A DNA stretch of 44,034 nucleotides from assembly GCA_964369935.1 (NCBI GenBank), contig CAYJHM010000001.1, forward strand, positions 1 through 44,034. The letters are read 5' to 3'. The notes beneath the pieces were generated by a model. That model ran no database searches and was not told where the DNA came from. It worked only from the letters and a program-made list of their open reading frames with translations. How positions within the stretch are numbered: the first letter of the stretch is position 1; every line of letters begins with the position of its first letter. Shown here in pieces: positions 38,249-44,034 of this stretch. The position numbers and the translations under genes were made by a program. The DNA comes from an uncultured Rikenellaceae bacterium (GTDB lineage: Bacteria; Bacteroidota; Bacteroidia; Bacteroidales; Rikenellaceae).

Positions 38249-40129
38249 CTATTTTACGAAATTTACATCTGTTGATAATTGAGGAAGATTGTTTAGTGTT
38301 GAATATCCAAACAATAACTCCTGAGTAGTTGTATTATACCAACCCTTTGAATTAGCTATACTATAGTCGTATATTGCATTGTTCATATTGCTTATGGCAG
38401 TTGCTGCATCAATAACAGATGGCACCTTTCCTACATTAATGAAATTAGCATCTTGACGAAGCTCTTCTGCCTTTAGTGCGCAATCAGAATGGTAGTACGA
38501 ATTGTTCATATTTATAACCGCAACATCTGTTGAAATTAAACCTACCAAACCATGTCGCATAAGTAGTAACTCGCAATCTATATTTCCACTATTATAGCAA
38601 CCGATAATTGTAATCGAAGCTCCTGGGTCGGTGCATTTACCCAATATTCCTCCAGCATTGCCCGCAATACGCTTAATAGTAACAGTATTAGTACAACCGA
38701 TAATATACGAATCTCCATTAGCGCATCCAAGTATTCCACCAATTGAATTATCTATAACACCTCCAGGTCCAATCCAACTGTTACTATCGCCAATAACCGA
38801 GCAGTTTTCAATTGTTATGTCGTCGCCATATCCTGCAAGTGCCCCCACACGTGAGCCTGATGTAATCAATGGATTCTCTATTACTAAATCTCTTACAGTT
38901 GACGATTTAATATATCCAAATAATCCGTTGCTGTAGATAGCAGTAGAGCGACTAGTGATGTTTTTTACTGTATATCCATTACCTTCTATTGTGCCCATAT
39001 AAGGATACATTTTCGAGCCAATAGGTGTCCACTCTTCATTGGCGTCTAATATTATGTCTTTTATTAACTTATAGTTTATAGGTTTGAAGTGAGAACGTAT
39101 CTGCTTAAGTTCGTCGATGGTACTAATATGTAAAAATCCTTCTGTGTCGGTTACTTTATTAAAGTCAATATCGCATAGCAAACCTGCTGCATTACCTCTT
39201 GCAAAAGTCTCTGCAGGATTCGCAATAACTTTCGTTATTTCGCCATATAATATTCTTCCGTCGTGAACACGCTCTATTTCAACGAAAATATTGTACTCTT
39301 CTGAAGTAGTATTACTTGGAGGTAGCATAGAAAATGCAACATCAGCTGCACCGTCTCTTGTGAACGACTCCGAGTTTAAACAATCAATGTAAATTCTACC
39401 ATTTTCTGTGCCTGAGGCACTTATATCTATACCTGAGCCGCTATTTCCTGAGAAATTGTAAACTTTTTGAAAAGAAATGCCATTTGTTGAGGTAATTGCA
39501 ATGCTTTTAACCTTAAATTCTTCGCCAACTTCAATGCCACTTTTTGCTGTTATTCTTAGTCGCGGATAAGATAATAAATGTCTCATTTCAATCGATGATG
39601 GAGAGTTGCCTGCACTGATATCATAATTATCACTAATAGTTACCATCATATGGCTCTTTTTTGTGAAATCATAGTTTTGCATTCCAATAGGAATTGTAAT
39701 TTCGTTGCTCGTAGCATCTACTATATTGCTTGGATATACGAAATATATCTTGCTAGCATCATTCGAAACATTTCCTGAAAATATTGCATTGGTTGCGTTG
39801 AAACCATCTTCTGTAATAGAAAAATCTGACGTAATAAAATTAGATCCAGTTGTTTGGATACTTGCCATAATGTCTGTTGATTCCCAATAGACATTGTGTG
39901 GCGTGCCGTCTGTATCGCTAAAGTCAATACCTGCTCGTGTAGATTTATCGCTGTTACTTTGCCCAGCGTTAATAGTCATAATGTACGAGTTTGTTGCATC
40001 TAGAACACCCCCGTTCCCTTGCGAAGGAATTCCTGCATCTTCCTGCATTACCTTCGAACAGCCAATGGTTAGCATAGCCGCAGCTACTGCTAAACTTGTG
40101 AAAATTTTAACTTTCATAGTTTTTCTCAT
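38249..40129 (-). CDS. Surface lipoprotein with a pilin/fimbrillin-like N-terminal half and a GLUG-motif C-terminal half
   Basis: 626 aa with a lipoprotein signal and lipobox (AAAMLTIGC|SK). KSTRAG follows ~40 aa after the Cys, as in Bacteroidales type V pilin-family lipoproteins. The C-terminal region (ISTIDELKQI...W.PIG...GTIEGNGYTVKNI...GLFG...GALAG...GGILG...GGILG) resembles GLUG-motif repeats. Confidence 0.6.
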   Translation of the reverse strand: MRKTMKVKIFTSLAVAAAMLTIGCSKVMQEDAGIPSQGNGGVLDATNSYIMTINAGQSNSDKSTRAGIDFSDTDGTPHNVYWESTDIMASIQTTGSNFITSDFSITEDGFNATNAIFSGNVSNDASKIYFVYPSNIVDATSNEITIPIGMQNYDFTKKSHMMVTISDNYDISAGNSPSSIEMRHLLSYPRLRITAKSGIEVGEEFKVKSIAITSTNGISFQKVYNFSGNSGSGIDISASGTENGRIYIDCLNSESFTRDGAADVAFSMLPPSNTTSEEYNIFVEIERVHDGRILYGEITKVIANPAETFARGNAAGLLCDIDFNKVTDTEGFLHISTIDELKQIRSHFKPINYKLIKDIILDANEEWTPIGSKMYPYMGTIEGNGYTVKNITSRSTAIYSNGLFGYIKSSTVRDLVIENPLITSGSRVGALAGYGDDITIENCSVIGDSNSWIGPGGVIDNSIGGILGCANGDSYIIGCTNTVTIKRIAGNAGGILGKCTDPGASITIIGCYNSGNIDCELLLMRHGLVGLISTDVAVINMNNSYYHSDCALKAEELRQDANFINVGKVPSVIDAATAISNMNNAIYDYSIANSKGWYNTTTQELLFGYSTLNNLPQLSTDVNFVK

Positions 40130-40173
40130 AGTTGTTGTATAAATAAAATTGGTTAAAATCGAGTTTCATTTTG

Positions 40174-40205
40174 CAAAAGTACTAAAAAAATACAGATTTT
40201 CCAAA
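40174..40205 (-). promoter_or_regulatory. Candidate promoter of the GLUG lipoprotein gene, with -7 TACTTTTG and -33 TTTG on the minus strand
   Basis: Plus-strand CAAAAGTA (40174-81) and CAAA (40202-05) are 20 nt apart. The -7 box lies 45 nt upstream of the ATG at 40129. Confidence 0.5.
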
Positions 40206-40412
40206 TATTTTAGGTAATTTCTTCAAAATTGAATGTGAAATGTCTGGTATTTTCTTGTTGAATTTTCAACCAATTGTCTAATAATGAGATATTTCTTTTG
40301 TGTGTTTTTTTTTGAAAAAAATATTTGAGTTTTATTATAAATTTGAGTTGTTTATATGCTTTTTATGCGATTTTTTTTGTTTTTTTATAGGTTTAATAAA
40401 TATTTTCATAAA

Positions 40413-40447
40413 AAATGCCTTGATAATATAAAACTATCAAGGCATTT
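40413..40447 (-). terminator. Strong intrinsic terminator on the minus strand
   Basis: The perfect 13-bp stem AAATGCCTTGATA (40413-25) pairs with TATCAAGGCATTT (40435-47) around a 9-nt loop. On the minus strand it is followed by TTTTTTAT (plus-strand A-run 40411-15, preceded by cat). Confidence 0.7.
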
Positions 40448-40561
40448 CCTAAGGATTTATTAGCATGTCATTTGTTGCATATTCCCTTACTCGCAAGAGT
40501 ATTGTGCCAAAACTAGCGCACTTATGAAAAAATGTGGGTAATCAGGGCTGAGTTCAAAGCA

Positions 40562-40611
40562 AAACATTACCCCTATTTTTGAGGATTTCCTCAAAAATAG
40601 GGGTAATGTTT
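40562..40611. terminator. 24-bp perfect palindrome 74 nt downstream of infC, probably the infC terminator
   Basis: Positions 40562-40585 (AAACATTACCCCTATTTTTGAGGA) are fully complementary to 40588-40611. On the minus strand the palindrome is followed by TTTTGCTTTG. Confidence 0.6.
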
Positions 40612-40684
40612 ATGTGCATTTATTTTTGTGTGCTGCAAATCGGAAAATTCATGATTTAGTGAATTGCACTGTAATAATACTAAA

Positions 40685-41239
40685 TTATTTTTTCACAGTC
40701 TTAGGAGCAAGCATTAATATCATACGTTTACCCTCAAGCTTAGGTAGCTGCTCTACTTTTGCATATTCAGCAAGATCTTGTGCAAAACGTAAAAGTAGTA
40801 TCTCGCCCTGATCTTTAAATACAATCTCACGACCAGAGAAAAAGACATAAGCCTTTACTTTTGCGCCATCTTTCAGGAAATTTTCAGCGTGACGCAACTT
40901 GAAGTTATAGTCGTGGTCGTCAGTGTTGGGACCAAACCTAATCTCCTTAACAACAACCTTAACACTCTTAGCTTTAATCTCTTTAGCTCTCTTTTTTTGC
41001 TGATATAAGAATTTCTGATAATCGATTATTCGGCATACAGGAGGTGCGGCATTAGGTGAAATCTCCACCAAATCCAATCCTCGCTCTTCAGCTAAATTAA
41101 GTGCTTCACGTATCGAAATTACGCCCGATTCATTCGGATCATCACTCACTAAACGCACTTCGCGTGCAGTTATTTTGTCGTTAATCTTGTGTTGAGGCTC
41201 CTTCTGTACCCTACGAGCTTGGAAACCCCTTTTGTTCAT
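40685..41239 (-). CDS. infC: Translation initiation factor IF-3
   Basis: 184 aa with [13 protein letters not shown]..., [29 protein letters not shown] and [17 protein letters not shown]. Confidence 0.97.
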   Translation of the reverse strand: MNKRGFQARRVQKEPQHKINDKITAREVRLVSDDPNESGVISIREALNLAEERGLDLVEISPNAAPPVCRIIDYQKFLYQQKKRAKEIKAKSVKVVVKEIRFGPNTDDHDYNFKLRHAENFLKDGAKVKAYVFFSGREIVFKDQGEILLLRFAQDLAEYAKVEQLPKLEGKRMILMLAPKTVKK

Positions 41240-41301
41240 TAGTGCTATAACTTTGTCCTCCTAATTTTAGTTAATATTAATATCATCTCACTATTTTAAT
41301 G

Positions 41302-41309
41302 CAAAAGTA
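41302..41309 (-). promoter_or_regulatory. Candidate -7 box (TACTTTTG on the minus strand) for infC
   Basis: Plus-strand CAAAAGTA lies in the 115-nt thrS-infC spacer, about 63 nt upstream of the infC ATG. Confidence 0.45.
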
Positions 41310-41354
41310 TATAAACTTTGCGAAACTCCAAATATTTTTGTATAAAAAAATAAA

Positions 41355-43331
41355 TTAATTTACTTTAATAGTTTGAATTTCACCAGATACTATCTCCTCA
41401 ACGTACGAGATAAACTCTGATTGTGTCATAACTCCTTTGTCGCCATCACCTTGACGACGAACAGATATAGTGCCACTTTGAGCCTCATTTTCGCCCACAA
41501 TTAGCATAAACGGAATACGTTTAAGTTCGTTATCACGTATCTTTTTACCAATCTTCTCATTTCTGTCGTCTACAATAGCCCTGATATTCGATGCATTTAA
41601 TCTTATGGCGCACTCTCGTGCATAGTCGTTATACTTCTCGCTGATTGGTAAAATTACTGCTTGCTCTGGGGTTAGCCATAGCGGGAACTTACCTGCTGTA
41701 TGCTCAAGAAGAACAGCCACAAATCGCTCCATCGAACCAAATGGTGCCCTATGAATCATAACTGGGCGGTGCAACTTATCGTCAGAACCGATATATGTTA
41801 AATCGAACCTCTCAGGAAGATTATAGTCCACCTGAATAGTTCCTAGCTGCCATCTTCTGCCAAGGGCATCTTTAACCATAAAGTCAAGCTTTGGTCCATA
41901 GAATGCAGCCTCGCCATACTCGATAGTGGTATTTAAGCCTTTCTCAGCGGTTGCTTCAATGATAGCACTCTCTGCCTTGTCCCAGTTCTCTTCGGTACCG
42001 ATATATTTCTCTTGATTATCCTTGTCTCGTAACGAAATTTGAGCAGTGAAATTATCAAAGCTAAGAGTTTTAAATATATATAGTACAATATCAATTACCT
42101 TCTTAAATTCATCTTTCAGTTGATCGGGACGACAGAAAATATGAGCATCATCTTGAGTAAACCCACGAACCCTTGTAAGTCCATGTAGCTCGCCACTCTG
42201 CTCGTAACGATACACCGTTCCAAACTCGGTTAAGCGGATAGGTAAATCCTTATACGAGCGTGGCTTCCACTTATAAATCTCGCAGTGGTGCGGACAGTTC
42301 ATAGGCTTAAGTAAGAACTCCTCGTCTTCATCTGGAGTGTGGATAGGTTGGAATGAATCTTTTCCATACTTAGCATAGTGGCCAGAAGTTACATATAAAT
42401 CTTTCATGCCGATATGCGGAGAGATAACCTGCTCATATCCGTGAACCTTCTGTACGCTTTTAAGGAAATTTTCTAGCCTCTCGCGCAGTGCAGCACCCTT
42501 AGGTAACCATAAAGGTAATCCTTGACCTACGCTTCTTGAGAAATGGAATAACTCTAACTCCTTGCCTAACTTACGGTGGTCACGCTTTTTAGCCTCCTCA
42601 ATCATTGCCAGATATTCGTCTAGTAGAGATTTCTTAGGAAATGATACCCCGTAAATACGAGTTAGCATTTTATTATTCTCGTTACCACGCCAGTAAGCAC
42701 CAGCTATCGAAGTAAGTTTTACTGCCTTAATCATTTTTGTGTCGGGAATGTGAGGTCCACGACAAAGGTCGGTAAAACTACCATTTGTGTAGAACGAGAT
42801 AGTGCCATCTTCAAGCCCTTCTATTAGTTCTAACTTATATTCATCACCTTTTTCCGTGTAACGCTGGATAGCCTCCTCTTTTGATATATCAACCCTGCAA
42901 AACTTCTCGCCCTTAGATGCTAACTCCATCATCTTCTTCTCGATGATTGGCAGGTCAGCCTCTGTGATAGTTTTTGGGCTATCAACATCGTAATAGAACC
43001 CAACTTCGATACTTGGGCCGATTCCGAATTTAATGCCAGGGTATAGCTCTTCTAGCGCTGCAGCTAAAAGGTGAGAGGTTGAGTGCCAAAATGCATCTTT
43101 ACCCTCGCTATCATCCCATTTGAATAGCTTAATCGAACCATTATTTTCAATTGGGCGAAGTGCGTCTAGCACCTCACCATCTAAAGAGATAGCCAATACC
43201 TCTTTAGCTAAACGTGGAGATATACTCTCTGCTATCTCCAAGCCAGTAATACCTTTATGGTATTCACGAACAGACCCATCAGGGAATATTATTTTAATAT
43301 TATCCATAATCAAAAAATCATTATATTGCAT
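41355..43331 (-). CDS. thrS: Threonine--tRNA ligase
   Basis: 658 aa with a TGS domain ([13 protein letters not shown]), an editing-domain motif ([10 protein letters not shown]), class II core motifs ([26 protein letters not shown]) and an anticodon-binding C-terminus. The true start is possibly the internal ATG at 43307 (MDNIKI...). Confidence 0.97.
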   Translation of the reverse strand: MQYNDFLIMDNIKIIFPDGSVREYHKGITGLEIAESISPRLAKEVLAISLDGEVLDALRPIENNGSIKLFKWDDSEGKDAFWHSTSHLLAAALEELYPGIKFGIGPSIEVGFYYDVDSPKTITEADLPIIEKKMMELASKGEKFCRVDISKEEAIQRYTEKGDEYKLELIEGLEDGTISFYTNGSFTDLCRGPHIPDTKMIKAVKLTSIAGAYWRGNENNKMLTRIYGVSFPKKSLLDEYLAMIEEAKKRDHRKLGKELELFHFSRSVGQGLPLWLPKGAALRERLENFLKSVQKVHGYEQVISPHIGMKDLYVTSGHYAKYGKDSFQPIHTPDEDEEFLLKPMNCPHHCEIYKWKPRSYKDLPIRLTEFGTVYRYEQSGELHGLTRVRGFTQDDAHIFCRPDQLKDEFKKVIDIVLYIFKTLSFDNFTAQISLRDKDNQEKYIGTEENWDKAESAIIEATAEKGLNTTIEYGEAAFYGPKLDFMVKDALGRRWQLGTIQVDYNLPERFDLTYIGSDDKLHRPVMIHRAPFGSMERFVAVLLEHTAGKFPLWLTPEQAVILPISEKYNDYARECAIRLNASNIRAIVDDRNEKIGKKIRDNELKRIPFMLIVGENEAQSGTISVRRQGDGDKGVMTQSEFISYVEEIVSGEIQTIKVN

Positions 43332-43345
43332 ACATATAAACGTTA

Positions 43346-43353
43346 CAAAGTTA
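43346..43353 (-). promoter_or_regulatory. Candidate -7 box (TAACTTTG on the minus strand) for thrS
   Basis: Plus-strand CAAAGTTA lies 15 nt upstream of the ATG at 43331 and 39 nt upstream of the ATG at 43307. Confidence 0.45.
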
Positions 43354-43416
43354 TAAAAAAATTATCTCATCTAAAAACTTTTAATTAAAAATCTTGCATA
43401 ATAACAAAAAATAGAC

Positions 43417-43424
43417 TAATTTTG
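43417..43424 (+). promoter_or_regulatory. Candidate -7 box TAATTTTG for tRNA-Leu
   Basis: Exact TAnnTTTG match ending 12 nt before tRNA position 1. Confidence 0.5.
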
Positions 43425-43435
43425 CACTCTCATTA

Positions 43436-43519
43436 GCCCAGATGGTGAAATTGGTATACACGCTACTTTGAGGGGGTAGTGCCGATTACGGTGTGCAAGT
43501 TCGAGTCTTGTTCTGGGCA
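43436..43519 (+). tRNA. tRNA-Leu (anticodon GAG), type II with a long variable arm; CCA not encoded
   Basis: Hand-folded. The acceptor stem is GCCCAGA/TCTGGGC with discriminator A, and the D-loop contains GG. The anticodon stem CTACT/GGTAG carries loop TTGAGGG. The variable arm is GCCG-ATTA-CGGT, and the T-arm is GCAAG-TTCGAGT-CTTGT. Confidence 0.9.
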
Positions 43520-43551
43520 CTTGTTTTTAAAGGTATATTCGAAATCCGAGG

Positions 43552-43578
43552 CCGTTACAAAATACTTTTTTGTAACGG
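43552..43578. terminator. Bidirectional hairpin terminator between tRNA-Leu and the convergent sigma-factor gene
   Basis: The perfect 11-bp stem CCGTTACAAAA (43552-62) pairs with TTTTGTAACGG (43568-78) around a 5-nt loop. It is followed by tcttgtttt on the plus strand and lies 8 nt past the sigma-factor stop on the minus strand. Confidence 0.65.
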
Positions 43579-43585
43579 TCTTGTT

Positions 43586-44034
43586 TTATATGGTGGTAAT
43601 GATGAGGTATAATATAGATTTTACCTTGATACTCTTTTTAATAGTTGAAATTGCAATCTGTTTCATGTTGTAAACAGTTTGTACGCTTTTGTTTAGTTGT
43701 TCGGCAATCTCATTCGGTTTTAGTCCTTCAATATATAGCTTTATCACCTTCGAACACTCTGGAGGTAATTTGTCTAGTGCTTTATCTATTTGAGAATATA
43801 TTTCACTTCGTAATAGCTCGAAATCATAGTCATATTCTTCATCATCTTCTATGTCTGGTAGCATTAAAACAAACTTATTCTTTATCTTGTTGTGGTGAAT
43901 AGAATTTATAAAGTTGTTTTTAATTGACACAAATATAAAAGCTTTTAGTTGTTGAATAGAGTCATACGAGAGTTTTTTGTCGCTCCAAATATTCATAAAA
44001 ATGTCATGAATAGTGTCTTGAGATACTGCCTCAT
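43586..44034 (-). CDS. RNA polymerase sigma-70 family factor (ECF-type); the N-terminus lies beyond the window end
   Basis: The reading frame stays open to the window edge (...EAVSQDTIHDIFMNIWSDKK, region 2-like). The region 4 HTH is LPPECSKVIKLYIEGLKPNEIAEQLNKSVQTVYNMKQIAISTIKK. Confidence 0.8.
   Translation of the reverse strand, partial: EAVSQDTIHDIFMNIWSDKKLSYDSIQQLKAFIFVSIKNNFINSIHHNKIKNKFVLMLPDIEDDEEYDYDFELLRSEIYSQIDKALDKLPPECSKVIKLYIEGLKPNEIAEQLNKSVQTVYNMKQIAISTIKKSIKVKSILYLIITTI

Noticed and set aside
38139-38333. A ~65-codon stop-free stretch on the minus strand overlapping the 3' end of the lipoprotein gene and continuing past it.
   Set aside because: There is no ATG, GTG or TTG start codon anywhere in the open frame, and it overlaps a confident CDS in another frame.
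40306-40390. Long homopolymer tracts (T9-A7 at about 40306-40321; T8 and T7 at about 40371-40387) as possible slipped-strand phase-variation switches for the lipoprotein gene.
   Set aside because: They lie more than 100 nt upstream of the predicted -33 element, not in the promoter spacer or the coding sequence. Length changes there would have no obvious mechanistic effect, and the tracts are compatible with generic AT-rich upstream DNA.
40466-40528. A 20-codon plus-strand ORF (MSFVAYSLTRKSIVPKLAHL) in the infC-lipoprotein spacer.
   Set aside because: It is too short to support from sequence alone, has no promoter box upstream, and nothing downstream on that strand. It is better explained as part of the candidate non-coding segment.
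43586-44034. Whether the edge ECF sigma factor belongs to a sigma/anti-sigma/SusC-type module.
   Set aside because: Downstream of the gene (on the minus strand) there is a terminator and then tRNA-Leu, so no co-transcribed anti-sigma factor is present in the window. The upstream side lies outside the window, so nothing can be concluded.
1-44034. A whole-window scan for CRISPR-like regularly spaced repeats, IS/transposase or integrase genes, phage modules, toxin-antitoxin pairs and known defence gene signatures.
   Set aside because: I recognised none. Every ORF of 60 aa or more is either a housekeeping/envelope gene or an antisense artefact, and no direct-repeat arrays were seen by eye. This visual scan cannot exclude degenerate repeats.

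Overview
This is a Bacteroidota-type chromosomal segment, most likely Bacteroidales. Three things support that: protein families typical of the phylum (DUF3098, DUF4834, YfhO-like, putative porin, single-chain GcvP), no obvious Shine-Dalgarno sequences, and the Bacteroides -7 promoter box TAnnTTTG upstream of most transcription units. GC is about 40% by eye in genes and far lower in spacers.

The window is densely packed with core housekeeping genes. I call 36 CDS (one cut off by the window end) and one tRNA-Leu(GAG).
- Minus strand, 153-7330: slyD, gcvP, comF, and a response regulator with two histidine kinases.
- Plus strand, 7.5-29.6 kb: an LpxL-family acyltransferase, a GT4 glycosyltransferase, htpG, yaaA, a YfhO-like protein, ftsX, a DUF3098 protein, truB, murE-mraY-murD-ftsW, exbB-exbD-tonB-like, a DUF4834 protein, ftsY, rimO, a coiled-coil protein, zapA and rny.
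- Minus strand, 29.7-37.9 kb: a SIMPL-like protein, mutS2, an SLT-domain lytic transglycosylase, a putative porin and ugd.
- Minus strand, 38.2-44.0 kb: a GLUG-motif lipoprotein, infC and thrS, then tRNA-Leu on the plus strand, then a partial ECF-type sigma factor at the window edge.

I saw no CRISPR array, transposase, integrase, phage genes, toxin-antitoxin pair or recognisable defence module, and I cannot support a new multi-gene system here.

The leads worth a second look are:
1. The only accessory-looking locus (37.9-40.7 kb). It holds an orphan pilin-like/GLUG lipoprotein between two long AT-rich spacers, at the point where infC lacks rpmI-rplT. Its promoter is bracketed by a short inverted repeat, and a hairpin-bounded segment nearby could be an sRNA.
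2. A 372-nt ORF-poor, hairpin-rich spacer between zapA and rny.
3. A fragmentary dcw cluster.
4. Unusually long perfect palindromes at convergent gene ends.

All functional calls come from reading the translated ORFs and from motif memory. No searches or folding calculations were run.
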